Shown: positions 32,923-42,376 of the stretch, piece after piece | Layout: every line of letters begins with the position of its first letter | How positions within the stretch are numbered: the first letter of the stretch is position 1 | Source: an uncultured Acetobacteraceae bacterium | Lineage (GTDB): Bacteria; Pseudomonadota; Alphaproteobacteria; Acetobacterales; Acetobacteraceae | Length of the DNA stretch: 64,000 nt | Assembly: GCA_964247705.1 (NCBI GenBank) | Contig: CAXTVQ010000003.1 | Coordinates: forward strand, 10,568 to 74,567 | Direction: 5' to 3' | Program-made: the position numbers and the translations under genes | Notes under the pieces: generated by a model | The model's database searches: none | Told to the model about the DNA's origin: nothing | Seen by the model: the letters and a program-made list of their open reading frames with translations, nothing else

Positions 32923-33978
32923 ATGACTGAACGATACGATGCGGCCGCCTTGCTCCACTTCGCGACTGCGCTGCTTCGGCAGGCCGGGCTGAACGAGGAG
33001 AGGGCGCGCGTGGTCGCGGCCACCCTGCTCGAGGGTGATCTGCTGGGTCAGACCACGCATGGGCTTGCCCTGCTCGGCGCGTACCTGGACGAACTCGTCT
33101 CGGGCCGGCTTACCCCGACGGGAGATCCCGAGGTCGTTGCGCAGACGCCGGTGACGCAGACCTGGGACGGCAACCGGCTTCCCGGGCCTTGGCTGGTGAC
33201 GCGTGCGGCGGACTGGGCATCCGGGGTGGCCCGGAGTTTTGGAATGGGCGCGGTGGTGATCCGCCGAAGCGGGCATATCGGTTGCCTGGCGGCCTATGTC
33301 GAGCGGATCGCCGAGCGTGGCCAGTTGCTGCTGCTGGCCAGTTCGGACCCGTCGACGGCCAGCGTGGCGCCTTTTGGCGGCACGAAGCGCATGATCACGC
33401 CGAACCCGCTCGCGGCCGGGTGGCCGACCGGCGGCGTTCCGGTGATGATGGATGTGTCCACGTCCATCACCACGAACGGCATGACGGCACGCCTGGCCAA
33501 GGAAGGGCGGCAGTTCGGGCACCACGCGCTACTGGACGCCACCGGCGTGCCGACGGCCGACCCGTCCGTGTTCTTTGCCGATCCGCCGGGCACGTTGTTG
33601 CCGCTGGGCGGTGCCGAGGCTGGGCACAAGGGCTACGCGCTCGGCCTGCTGATCGAGGCGCTGACGTCGGCACTTGCCGGGCATGGCCGGGCGGACGGTC
33701 CAACGGAATGGGGCGCGTCGGTTTTCGTGCAGGTGCTCGATCCGGCCTGCTTCGGCGGCCTGGCGCCGTTTGTCCGGGAGACTGGCTGGCTTCGGGATGC
33801 AACGCATGCCAACCCGGCGGCGAGGGACGGCGCGCCGCCGCGGCTACCCGGCGAACGCGCAATACGACGCAAGCAGGAGCAGATGGAATTCGGCGTCGAA
33901 CTGCACCCAGCTATCCCACCCTTGCTTGCGGAGCGGGCGGTGAGCGCCGGGTTGAGCATGCCGCAAGCAATGAATTAG
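32923..33978 (+). CDS. Ldh-family (malate/L-lactate dehydrogenase family 2) oxidoreductase
   Basis: ATG 32923. GQTTHGL and GHKGYALGLLIEALT motifs are present. Confidence 0.85.
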   Translation: MTERYDAAALLHFATALLRQAGLNEERARVVAATLLEGDLLGQTTHGLALLGAYLDELVSGRLTPTGDPEVVAQTPVTQTWDGNRLPGPWLVTRAADWASGVARSFGMGAVVIRRSGHIGCLAAYVERIAERGQLLLLASSDPSTASVAPFGGTKRMITPNPLAAGWPTGGVPVMMDVSTSITTNGMTARLAKEGRQFGHHALLDATGVPTADPSVFFADPPGTLLPLGGAEAGHKGYALGLLIEALTSALAGHGRADGPTEWGASVFVQVLDPACFGGLAPFVRETGWLRDATHANPAARDGAPPRLPGERAIRRKQEQMEFGVELHPAIPPLLAERAVSAGLSMPQAMN

Positions 33979-34001
33979 GCAGCAGGCACCCTCACCCCTA
34001 T

Positions 34002-34026
34002 CCTCTCCCGCGGAGGACGGGAGAGG
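34002..34026. terminator. GC-rich hairpin between convergent genes (REP-like, possible bidirectional terminator)
   Basis: CCTCTCCCG-CGGAGGA-CGGGAGAGG, a perfect 9-bp stem, sits in the 59-nt gap between the Ldh-family gene and csp. There is no clear U-tract. Confidence 0.45.
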
Positions 34027-34037
34027 AAGAGTGTTGG

Positions 34038-34688
34038 CTAGTCGGCGATGATCGACCGGACTTCCGGGCCTTTCTGGCCTTGGCCAACGACGACGCGAAC
34101 GGACTGGCCTTCCGTCAGCGGGGGATGGCCGGCGCGTTCCAAAGCGGTGGCGTGAACGAAGACATCCTTGCCGCCATCTTGCGGGGAGATGAAGCCGAAT
34201 CCCTTGTTGGGATCGTACCACTTCACTGTGCCGGTCATCTCGACGCCCGGACCGGTGTCCTGCATGCGGGGCGGACGCGGGCCACGCGGCGCATCGCCGC
34301 CGCCAGCGCCGAAGCCACCTGGACGGGGAGCACGGGGAGCAGCACTCGCGGTGCTCTCGTCCACGGCGATCACCTGTTCGACCTGACGGCCCTTCTGGCC
34401 TTGGCCGACGCGAACCTCGAGCGTGGCGCCAGGACTGACCTGCTGGAAGCCGGATGCCTGCAGCGCATTGGCATGCAGGAAAACGTCTCCGGTGCCGTCT
34501 GCCAGCTCGACGAAGCCGAACCCCTTCTCGGGGTTGTACCACTTCACCGACGCCTTTAATCCTGGCGTGGTAGAGGGCGTCGAGAACGACGGAAACACGG
34601 GCGGCGAAGGCGTGTTGCCGTAAAAATTGTCGTCGTCAAAACCGCGACGACGCGGTTGCCTCTGCCGGCTATCCTTCGGGGGTCTCAA
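34038..34688 (-). CDS. Cold-shock protein with two CSD domains and an Arg-rich N-terminal extension
   Basis: Two copies of the VKWYNPEKGFGF / VKWYDPNKGFGF RNP1-like motif and VFVH/VFLH RNP2-like motif, joined by a Gly/Pro/Arg linker. Start provisionally TTG 34688 (AGAGGA 10 nt upstream). Confidence 0.82.
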   Translation of the reverse strand: MRPPKDSRQRQPRRRGFDDDNFYGNTPSPPVFPSFSTPSTTPGLKASVKWYNPEKGFGFVELADGTGDVFLHANALQASGFQQVSPGATLEVRVGQGQKGRQVEQVIAVDESTASAAPRAPRPGGFGAGGGDAPRGPRPPRMQDTGPGVEMTGTVKWYDPNKGFGFISPQDGGKDVFVHATALERAGHPPLTEGQSVRVVVGQGQKGPEVRSIIAD

Positions 34689-34912
34689 CTACTACGTCCT
34701 CTGCCCAAGTCTCTCGGTGATACGGCTGATGTTGCCTCAAGCCCGCACGCCAAGCTAGCGCGAAAGTGCAAAGGCCCATCTCTGCACAACCTTTGACGAT
34801 CGACAGCCTTAATTCAAGGCTGCCGGACGGATAAATATATCCGGGCAACGGAAAGCTTGCCGTGAAGCAGTCCCGCAGGTCCTATGACAACTCCCTGAAT
34901 GGAGGCGAAATC

Positions 34913-35656
34913 ATGACGGAATGGAGCGGGCGACGCGTGGCGGTGATGGGTGGCAGCCGCGGCATCGGGCGGTCCATAGCCCTTGGTTTCGCGGCCGGCG
35001 GTGCGCACGTCGCCATCTGCGCCCGCGGCCAGGAGGCACTGGACCGCACCCGTGCGGAGCTTGGGGAGGCATCCTTCGCCGCGTCCGTCGACCTTGCCGA
35101 CCCGGCCGCGATCGGCCGCTTCATTCCGCAAGCGGCCGAGGCGCTCGGCGGCCTGGACATCCTGATCAACAACGCCTCCGGCTTCGGCGCGTCCGATGAC
35201 GAGGAGGGTTGGGCCGCGTCCGTGTCCGTCGACCTTATGGCGATCGTGCGGGCGAGCCAGGTGGCGCTGCCGTTCCTGAAGCAGCGGCCCGGCGCCAGCA
35301 TCGTCAACATCTCGTCCATCTCCGCCTACCGCGCGACCAAGCGCAACCCACCCTACGGCGCGATCAAGGCGGCGGTGATCCACTACACCGGCAGCCAGGC
35401 GAAGATGCTGGCCTCCGACGGGATCCGGGTGAACTGCGTGGCGCCTGGCTCGATCGAATTCCCGGGCGGCACCTGGGAGCAGCGCCGGACCAGCGAACCG
35501 GCGTTGTACAACGGCACGCTGGCGCAGATCGCGCTCGGCCGCATGGGCAAGCCCGAGGAGGTGGCGCAAGTCGTGCTGTTCCTTGCCTCACCCAAGGCGA
35601 GCTGGGTTACCGGGCAGACGATCGTGGTGGACGGTGGGCAGCTGATCGGTCCATGA
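34913..35656 (+). CDS. SDR family oxidoreductase
   Basis: ATG 34913 follows [19 protein letters not shown] and YGAIKAA (Y-x3-K) are present. The stop overlaps the next start (ATGA). Confidence 0.9.
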   Translation: MTEWSGRRVAVMGGSRGIGRSIALGFAAGGAHVAICARGQEALDRTRAELGEASFAASVDLADPAAIGRFIPQAAEALGGLDILINNASGFGASDDEEGWAASVSVDLMAIVRASQVALPFLKQRPGASIVNISSISAYRATKRNPPYGAIKAAVIHYTGSQAKMLASDGIRVNCVAPGSIEFPGGTWEQRRTSEPALYNGTLAQIALGRMGKPEEVAQVVLFLASPKASWVTGQTIVVDGGQLIGP

Positions 35657-37905
35657 ACGAGGACGAAGCTTCCAGCCGCGTCTCGCCCTACCTGCCGACC
35701 GACGTGCCGGAGGCTGTTTCCACGGCCAGGCACGAGAGCGCACGCAAGGCGTGGGACGAGACGTTGCGGCGGCCGCTCGGGCTGGGCGGGCCGGCCAGGG
35801 GGCTGCCGGAGAACTGGTTCCTCGGTCCGAAAGCCGAGAACCTGGACCTCATGCGCGAACTGGTTGTGGAGGTGCTGGACAGCCACGCCGGGTTCCGCCG
35901 CGCGTTCCACCCGGAAGATCCGAGCCATATCACGGACGAGATCCGCCATTCACCGGCCTTCCAGGAGGGGGTGGCGCATCTTCGCAGCCAGCTTGGCGAG
36001 TTGCTCGACAAGCTGAAGATGTCGGCCTCGTTCACCTCGATGCGCTACCAGGGCCACATGTTGTGGGACCAGGCGATGCCGGCCGCACTCGGGCTGTTTG
36101 CCGGCATGCTCTACAATCAGAACAATGTGGCGGCAGAGGCCTCACCGGTCACGACGCGGCTGGAGATCGAGGTCGGCAACGATCTTTGCCGCATGCTGGG
36201 CTATCCGGTTCCGAAGCCGGGTGACGCGCCCGAGCCGGGCAAGATGCGCCCCTGGGGGCACATCACCAGCGGCGGCACGGTGGCCAACATCGAGGCGTTG
36301 TGGGCGGCACGGAACCTGAAGTTCGGGGCCATCGCGCTCCGGCAGGCGATCCGCGAGATCCCCGTCCTAACCCCGGCCAAAGCGCTGGAGGTGCCGCTCT
36401 GGCAGGGTGGAACGGGCCGGCTGGTGGAGCTGGACACCTGGACGCTGCTGAACCTCGACCTCGATACGATTGCCGGGCTGCCGGGCGCCATCGCCGGGCT
36501 GGGCATCGAGCCGGCGCGGCTGACGCGCATACTGGGCGGCTTCTCGGTGCAAAATGTCGGGCTGGCCGGGTTCTACCAATCGTTCATGGGTGATGTGCGC
36601 GAGTTGCCGGTGCTGCTCGCCCCTGCGACGGCGCATTACTCCTGGCCCAAGGCCGCGACCCTGCTCGGGCTCGGGCAGAACGCGGTGGTCGTGCAGCGGG
36701 TGAACCGCGATGCGCGCATGGATCTCGAGGCCGTGGAGACCACGCTCTACGACCTGTTCCGGCGCCGGGTGCCGGTGCTGTGCGCCGTGGCCGTGATCGG
36801 CAGCACGGAGGAGAGTGCGGTCGATCCGCTGGCCGGCCTGCTGGCATTGCGCGAGCGGTTCCGCAGCTACGGGCTGAACTTCGCCATTCATGCGGATGCA
36901 GCCTGGGGCGGGTACTTTCGGTCGATGCTGCGGGAGGCTGGGACCGAGAGCGAGAAGACACGCAGCGCGGACGGGGGCGGCGTGCCCAGCTTCGCGATGA
37001 ACGACTACGTCCGCGCGCAGTATGACGTGTTGGGCGAGGCGGACAGCATCACGGTGGACCCGCACAAGGCGGGCTACATCCCCTACCCCGCCGGCGCGCT
37101 GTGCTACCGCAATGCGGCGTTCCGGGACGCCGTCTCGCTGCAGGCGCCGGTGGTGTTCCATAGCCAGGCGGAGCCGACGGTGGGGATTTACGGCGTCGAA
37201 GGGTCCAAGCCCGGCTCGGCAGCGGCCGCGGTGTGGCTGGCGCACCGGGTGATCCGGCCGGACCGCAGCGGCTACGGGCGGATCCTCGGCCAGTGCATGT
37301 GGACGTCCAAGCGCCTGTTCTGCCGCCTGCACACGCTGGACGACCCGCGCTTCCAGGTCACCATGTTCAATCAAACCCCGGCCGAGCGCGCCCGGCGGCC
37401 GGAAGCGGAGCTGACCGAGGAACGCCGCGCGATCGCACGGTTCGTGGATCTGGACAATGTGGCACTCGAGGCTCTGCTGGAGCGGGACCCGGCGGCCAAG
37501 CAGCTTTTTACCGCCGTCGGATCGGACCAGGTAATCCTGGCGTTCTCGCTGAACTTCCGCCACGCGGACGGGCATCTGAATGACGACCTGGAGCGCGCGA
37601 ACGCGTTCAACGAGCGGGTATTCAATCACTGCAGCCTGATCGAACCACGGGCGGACACCAGCGATTTGGAGTTGATCCTCACGTCGTCGCGTTACGAGCC
37701 TAAGATCTACAGCCACCATTTCGTGGACGCGTTCTGCCGGCGGTTGGGCGTGCGGCCGACCGCCGATGTGGGGGTGGATTTCCTGATCGCGACGACGATG
37801 GACCCTTGGACGACGGAGACGGACGGGGGCGATTTTCTGGTGACGATCCAGGAGGCGTTGCGTTACGCGGCGCACCGGGCGCTGGACGAACTTGGGTTTG
37901 GGTGA
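35653..37905 (+). CDS. Group II PLP-dependent decarboxylase-like protein, unusually long (750 aa)
   Basis: [28 protein letters not shown] (PLP-N1 Asp) and [11 protein letters not shown] are present; the putative Schiff-base Lys is codon 472 at 37066-37068. The upstream part of ORF 35209..37905 overlaps the SDR and was rejected. Confidence 0.83.
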   Translation: MNEDEASSRVSPYLPTDVPEAVSTARHESARKAWDETLRRPLGLGGPARGLPENWFLGPKAENLDLMRELVVEVLDSHAGFRRAFHPEDPSHITDEIRHSPAFQEGVAHLRSQLGELLDKLKMSASFTSMRYQGHMLWDQAMPAALGLFAGMLYNQNNVAAEASPVTTRLEIEVGNDLCRMLGYPVPKPGDAPEPGKMRPWGHITSGGTVANIEALWAARNLKFGAIALRQAIREIPVLTPAKALEVPLWQGGTGRLVELDTWTLLNLDLDTIAGLPGAIAGLGIEPARLTRILGGFSVQNVGLAGFYQSFMGDVRELPVLLAPATAHYSWPKAATLLGLGQNAVVVQRVNRDARMDLEAVETTLYDLFRRRVPVLCAVAVIGSTEESAVDPLAGLLALRERFRSYGLNFAIHADAAWGGYFRSMLREAGTESEKTRSADGGGVPSFAMNDYVRAQYDVLGEADSITVDPHKAGYIPYPAGALCYRNAAFRDAVSLQAPVVFHSQAEPTVGIYGVEGSKPGSAAAAVWLAHRVIRPDRSGYGRILGQCMWTSKRLFCRLHTLDDPRFQVTMFNQTPAERARRPEAELTEERRAIARFVDLDNVALEALLERDPAAKQLFTAVGSDQVILAFSLNFRHADGHLNDDLERANAFNERVFNHCSLIEPRADTSDLELILTSSRYEPKIYSHHFVDAFCRRLGVRPTADVGVDFLIATTMDPWTTETDGGDFLVTIQEALRYAAHRALDELGFG

Positions 37906-37908
37906 GCC

Positions 37909-38718
37909 CTGAAACTCGCCACTTTCAACGTCAACAACGTCAACAAGCGGCTGCCGAACCTGCTGCGCTGGCTGGAGACGGCCCGGCCGGATGCGGTTTG
38001 CCTGCAGGAGTTGAAGGCGGAGGACGGAACGTTTCCGATCGCGGCCATCCGGCAGGCCGGGTATGGCGCCGTCTGGCAAGGCCAGCGGACTTGGAACGGC
38101 GTCGCGATCCTTGCCCGTGGCGCCGACCCGGTGGAGACGCGGCGCGCGCTACCGGGTGACCCGGCCGATGGTCAAGCCCGGTATATCGAGGCGGCCGTGG
38201 AGGGCATCCTAATCGGCTGCCTATACTTGCCGAACGGCAATCCGCAGCCCGGGCCGAAGTTTGCCTACAAGCTTGCCTGGCTCGAGCGCCTGATCGCCCA
38301 CGGCGCGACCCTGCTCGCAAGTGGCCTGCCGGTCGTGCTCGCCGGCGACTACAACGTGGTGCCGACGCCGGCCGACATGTATGCGTCCAAGTCGCACGAC
38401 AAGAACGCGCTGGTGCAGCCGGAGAGCCGCGCCGCCTATGCACGGCTGCTGGCCCAGGGTTGGACGGACGCGCTGCGGACCCGGCATCCCGACGAGCCGA
38501 TGTATACATTCTGGGCCTATTTGCGGGACGGTTGGGCAAGAGACGCCGGGTGGCGGCTGGACCATCTGCTGCTCAGCCCCGCTTTGGCTGGGCGGTTGGT
38601 GGATGCGGGGGTCGATCGGGCCGTTCGCGCGGAACCGGAGGCGAGCGACCATGCGCCTGCGTGGGTCATGTTGCGACCGGTGAAGGGCAAGGCTGGGGCT
38701 AGACCCAGTCGTCGTTGA
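37909..38718 (+). CDS. xthA: Exodeoxyribonuclease III; apparent CTG start
   Basis: The homology-defined N-terminus LKLATFNVNNVNKRL...CLQELK begins at CTG 37909. The C-terminus carries RLDHLLLSP and SDHAPAW. The ORF-track start (TTG 38011) would remove the conserved N-terminal catalytic segment. Confidence 0.82.
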   Translation: MKLATFNVNNVNKRLPNLLRWLETARPDAVCLQELKAEDGTFPIAAIRQAGYGAVWQGQRTWNGVAILARGADPVETRRALPGDPADGQARYIEAAVEGILIGCLYLPNGNPQPGPKFAYKLAWLERLIAHGATLLASGLPVVLAGDYNVVPTPADMYASKSHDKNALVQPESRAAYARLLAQGWTDALRTRHPDEPMYTFWAYLRDGWARDAGWRLDHLLLSPALAGRLVDAGVDRAVRAEPEASDHAPAWVMLRPVKGKAGARPSRR

Positions 38719-38862
38719 GGGAGCGGTGCGCACGACTGGTCCAATCCGGACCGCAGGCCGCGTGTCCTCTGGTTGTTGACCCACGAGGGTCGTGCACAAG
38801 AATTGTTGCTCGATCTTGGTATCAAGCGGGCGAGACACTTATCCCGCCCGCTTGAACAGTCG

Positions 38863-38902
38863 ACCCGCTTCGGCCGGTCAGATCCCCGGCGGAAGCGGGT
38901 TT
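38863..38902 (+). terminator. Probable rho-independent terminator downstream of xthA
   Basis: ACCCGCTTC-G-GCCGG-tcagatcc-CCGGC-G-GAAGCGGGT (14 bp paired) followed by TTT. Confidence 0.5.
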
Positions 38903-38974
38903 CACCGGTGCACAACGGTGGCCGCTTTTGGTTGCAAGTTTTGCAACGGGGAGCGTCACGCAAGGATCCAATGA

Positions 38975-39442
38975 CTAGGCGGCTACTTCAGTGGTCAACT
39001 CTGAAACCAAATGATCCACCGCCAAAAGCGTTAGCAACTTCCCCTCGATCTCCACCAACCCGGCAACTTTCGTATTGTGTGCACCGGCGGCGATGGAAGG
39101 TGCCGCCTGTACCATCTCCACCCCCACCGTCAGAATATCACTTACGCCATCAACCAGAAGGCCGACGACCTGACGACCCGATTCTACCACGATGATGACA
39201 TTTTGCTTCGTCGTGACTGTCGCCGAGAGCCCGAGCAAGGCGCCCAGATCCACAATCGGCAGGATGGCGCCCCGCAAATTGACGACGCCACAGGACGTGG
39301 CCGGCGCATGCGGGAGCGGCGTTGCAGACGTCCAACCGCGTATTTCCCGCACTGCCGTGATTTGTATGCAAAAGTGCTGGTTCCCAATATAGAAGGAGAT
39401 CAGTTCTTGCGTCTGCTGCATAGCCGAAGCTGAGTTCGTCAT
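38975..39442 (-). CDS. cheW: Chemotaxis coupling protein CheW
   Basis: ATG 39442 follows GAAGGAG and lies 3 nt after the MCP stop. ISFYIGNQHFCIQITAVREIRGW...VVNLRGAILPIVDL is the CheW fold signature. Confidence 0.9.
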   Translation of the reverse strand: MTNSASAMQQTQELISFYIGNQHFCIQITAVREIRGWTSATPLPHAPATSCGVVNLRGAILPIVDLGALLGLSATVTTKQNVIIVVESGRQVVGLLVDGVSDILTVGVEMVQAAPSIAAGAHNTKVAGLVEIEGKLLTLLAVDHLVSELTTEVAA

Positions 39443-39444
39443 TC

Positions 39445-41409
39445 TTAGAACTCCTTCCAAGCGTCTTCGTCGGCGCCAAGCTTGCGCACGGTGTTGCCAA
39501 CGACGCGTAGCGTTTGCGGCGATGTCGGCGTGCGGTTCCCCCTTAGATTTTGCTTTGGCTTCATCTTCGCAACGGTAGCAGGAGCATTCTCTCGTGCTCT
39601 GTGGGGCGGCTCCACCTGCTCGACACCGGTGTTGAAGCGGGCGGTGAGCCGCTCGAGTTCGGCCGCGTCCCGCGCCAGGCTATGGGTGGCGGCCGTCGAC
39701 TGCTCGACCATTGCGGCGTTCTGCTGCGTTACCTGGTCCATTTGGTTGACCGCGGTGTTTACCTGGGCAAGGCCGCTCGCCTGCTCTTGAGCGCTGGCCG
39801 CAATCTCGCTCACCTTGCCGGTGATTTCCGTCACCTGGCCCAAAATACGGCTTAGGGCGTCGCCGGTCTCCTTCACCAAGCTCACACCTCGGCCAACATG
39901 CGAACTGCTCGTGCTGATCAAAGCTTTGATCTCCCTCGCAGCCTGCGCACTGCGCTGTGCCAAGGCACGCACCTCGCTGGCGACCACGGCGAACCCGCGC
40001 CCGGCATCCCCAGCCCGGGCAGCTTCCACCCCGGCATTCAAGGCGAGAAGGTTGGTCTGGAACGCGATCTCGTCGATCACGCTGATGATCTGGCCAATCT
40101 CGCTAGCGGACTTCTCGATTTCGCTCATCGCGGATACGGCGTCCTTCACGACGAACTCGCCGTGTTCGGCCACGGTTTTCGCCGACGTCACGACGGCATG
40201 GGCCGATGTCGCCCCCTCGGCCGTTTTGCGCACGGTTGCCGTGATCTCATCGAGTGCCGCGGCGGTTTCCTCCAGGCTGGCCGCTTGCTGCTCAGTGCGC
40301 CGTGATAGGTCGTCGGATGCCTGACTGATTTCTCCCGTGCCGGCGCGGATGGCGCCGGTGTTGACGGCGATCGTGCCGATGACGCCGCGCAAGTCGGTGA
40401 TAGCTGCGTTGAAGTCAGTACGGAGACGCTCGTATTCAGGTGCGAATGCCTCCGTTATGTCGCAGGTTAGATCGCCGGCCGACAACCGCCCCAAGCCGCT
40501 CGCCAAACTCTGAACGACGAGGGCTTGTTGTGCGGCTTGGGACTGACGGTCGGCTTCCGTCCGCTCTCTTTCCTGCTCCGCGACATGACGGAGCTCCCCT
40601 GCCTGACGCTCCATTTGCACCTTCTCGATCGCGGCGTCCTTGAACACCTGCATGGTACGAGACATGGCGCCGACCTCGTCCTTGCGATCGCGAAACGGAA
40701 CCTGTTGCTCCAGGTCTCCTGCGGCCAGGTGTTCCATGACCGACGTCAACGGCAGCAAGGCCCGGACCGATCGCATCGACCACCAGGCAGCCGCTACGCC
40801 GATGACCAGCGCAGCCCCGCACGCCGCCACGATCAGCAGCATGAAGCCATCAGCGACTGAGCGCACCCAGCCGCCGACTTCCTTGTTCTTGGCTTCCTCG
40901 AGATCGATGAAGCGGTTGATGTCCCGCAACCATGCCACGAATGCTGGCCGTGCCTGCTGCATAAGCACTGTTTTCGCGTCGGTCCCGGCACGTTGCAGAC
41001 GGATCACCTCAGACACCAGGGGCAAGACCGTCGCTTCGTCCGCCTTGATGAGGCCGAGAATGGTCACTTCGTCGGGTGTGACCCCGTTGCCGCTCGCAAT
41101 CACATCGTCCAGTGGCTTCGCAGAGGCAGCGTAGGCCGCTGCGAGGCGCGCGATATTAGCGACGCTCTCTTCCATCTCAGCCTGCGTCGCAGCGAGGGTC
41201 ACGTCGCGGATCGCGATTGCCCGGTCGTGCACGCTGCCGCGGAAATTGATGCTGTAACGTTGCTTGACGCTGTTGACGTCGTTGATCGTGTAGAGGCTCT
41301 GCGCGATTCCGCTGACGCGCATTTCGGCGATCGCAGCGAGGGCCAACGTCAGCGCAAACGCTATGCCAAAGCCGACCATCAGCCGCTGCGTAATTCTCAG
41401 ACTATACAA
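39445..41409 (-). CDS. Methyl-accepting chemotaxis protein (4-helix-bundle sensor, HAMP, MA domain)
   Basis: Two TM helices flank a roughly 160-aa periplasmic domain. A HAMP domain and the highly conserved signalling hairpin [21 protein letters not shown] are present. TTG start follows GGTGAGG. The C-terminus is ...DAWKEF. Confidence 0.93.
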   Translation of the reverse strand: MYSLRITQRLMVGFGIAFALTLALAAIAEMRVSGIAQSLYTINDVNSVKQRYSINFRGSVHDRAIAIRDVTLAATQAEMEESVANIARLAAAYAASAKPLDDVIASGNGVTPDEVTILGLIKADEATVLPLVSEVIRLQRAGTDAKTVLMQQARPAFVAWLRDINRFIDLEEAKNKEVGGWVRSVADGFMLLIVAACGAALVIGVAAAWWSMRSVRALLPLTSVMEHLAAGDLEQQVPFRDRKDEVGAMSRTMQVFKDAAIEKVQMERQAGELRHVAEQERERTEADRQSQAAQQALVVQSLASGLGRLSAGDLTCDITEAFAPEYERLRTDFNAAITDLRGVIGTIAVNTGAIRAGTGEISQASDDLSRRTEQQAASLEETAAALDEITATVRKTAEGATSAHAVVTSAKTVAEHGEFVVKDAVSAMSEIEKSASEIGQIISVIDEIAFQTNLLALNAGVEAARAGDAGRGFAVVASEVRALAQRSAQAAREIKALISTSSSHVGRGVSLVKETGDALSRILGQVTEITGKVSEIAASAQEQASGLAQVNTAVNQMDQVTQQNAAMVEQSTAATHSLARDAAELERLTARFNTGVEQVEPPHRARENAPATVAKMKPKQNLRGNRTPTSPQTLRVVGNTVRKLGADEDAWKEF

Positions 41410-41592
41410 GGTAACCTCACCGCTTGAAACTACGGCGGTCTTGGGCCAACAGACCTAACTATGCGTTAAAAGGATCTCGGGAGATACAAAACCGCACGTG
41501 TATCTCAATTTGAGCGCACCGGATGGACGACTACGGAAGGTGTCCGTGGAACACGCCGACCTCACCGTTCCAACACCGATTGGAAACAGCCT

Positions 41593-42243
41593 TCAACGCG
41601 CCGGCACGATCGCCGTCGGCAGGATGGGATCGTCGATCTCGGGCGCGCCGGCGATGTGCTGATACGTTCCGTAGATCAGCATCCCGGTCGGGATGTCCTT
41701 CCACACCGTGCTGACCGAACGATAGCCGTTGTCGCCGAAGCCCTCCCGGTAGTGGCTGATCTTGAGCGCATGATACGTTTGGCCGAGCAGCGGAATGTCC
41801 TCGATTCCCTCGTTGCGCATCAGGTCGTAATACTGCCGGCCGGGCGCCACGTGGTTCTCGAACCCGGTGACGGTGCCGCTCGGACCATCGATCACCTGGC
41901 GCAGCAACGGGGCGGCCTGGGCGGCGCCGGGCCAGTCGGTTTGCCAGATGTCGTACCAGGCCTTTGCCGGTTGGCCGTCCGCCTGCATCAGACACAGGTC
42001 CGGGTCCGACGGGTCGGCGCCGCCGAACACGATCGTCGAGCCGCCTTGCTGGACCAGCTTGGCGCCCGGGGCCGCGCAGGAGAGCGGGCGCTCGTGCCCA
42101 TCGGTGGCGTGCACGTTGGCGCCGAGGATCATCGGCGGGTATCGCCCCGCTGCACCCTGAACCGACAGCGGAAGCGCGCCGTTGCCGGCCGTGGCGCATC
42201 CGCCGAGCGCCACGAGCAATTGCCACGACAATCGAACCTTCAT
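41593..42243 (-). CDS. Hypothetical lipoprotein
   Basis: ATG start. Lipobox LVALGGC. 216 aa. No family recognised. Confidence 0.5.
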   Translation of the reverse strand: MKVRLSWQLLVALGGCATAGNGALPLSVQGAAGRYPPMILGANVHATDGHERPLSCAAPGAKLVQQGGSTIVFGGADPSDPDLCLMQADGQPAKAWYDIWQTDWPGAAQAAPLLRQVIDGPSGTVTGFENHVAPGRQYYDLMRNEGIEDIPLLGQTYHALKISHYREGFGDNGYRSVSTVWKDIPTGMLIYGTYQHIAGAPEIDDPILPTAIVPAR

Positions 42244-42376
42244 AAGCGCCCCCGCTTGACCGTTGTAACGATACGCAACATCAGAGGCATGTCACAGGGC
42301 ACTCTCTATCCGTGTTCGGAGGCGCCGTGCCGCAAGTTAAGACGTTCGGTTTCCGGCCATGGCATGACGGCCTGAC

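Noticed and set aside
35209-35652. N-terminal extensions of real genes in the ORF track, for example 35209-35652, 44441-46051, 49435-50097, 57211-57816, 24410-25012, 32857-33525, 58779-59477 and 60193-60600.
   Set aside because: The extended portions overlap confidently called neighbouring genes in another frame and lack homology-like sequence. Internal starts that coincide with conserved N-termini, stop/start overlaps or SD motifs were used instead.
37926-37946. Direct repeat GTCAACAAC/GTCAACAAG inside xthA.
   Set aside because: It simply encodes the conserved N-V-N-N-V-N-K peptide of the ExoIII N-terminus. It is not an independent repeat element.
37903-37950. Selenocysteine recoding of the in-frame TGA between the decarboxylase and xthA.
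   Set aside because: I see no SECIS-like stem-loop in the 40 or so nt following the TGA, and neither enzyme family is known to use Sec at a domain junction. Generic read-through or CTG initiation remain open (see the findings).
38931-38947. Recurrence of the heptamer TTGCAAC (38931-47, 63420-60 and 31520s) as a shared regulatory motif.
   Set aside because: A rough composition-based estimate gives a few chance occurrences of this 7-mer in 64 kb on two strands, and one copy is inside a coding region. Only the local clusters are reported, and no regulon is claimed.
41410-41592. Hairpin GAGATAC-N12-GTATCTC upstream of the MCP gene, as a terminator or operator.
   Set aside because: A 7-bp stem with no U-tract and an alternative overlapping pairing (GGATCTC/GAGATAC). 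The evidence is too weak to call either a terminator for the lipoprotein gene or a regulatory site.
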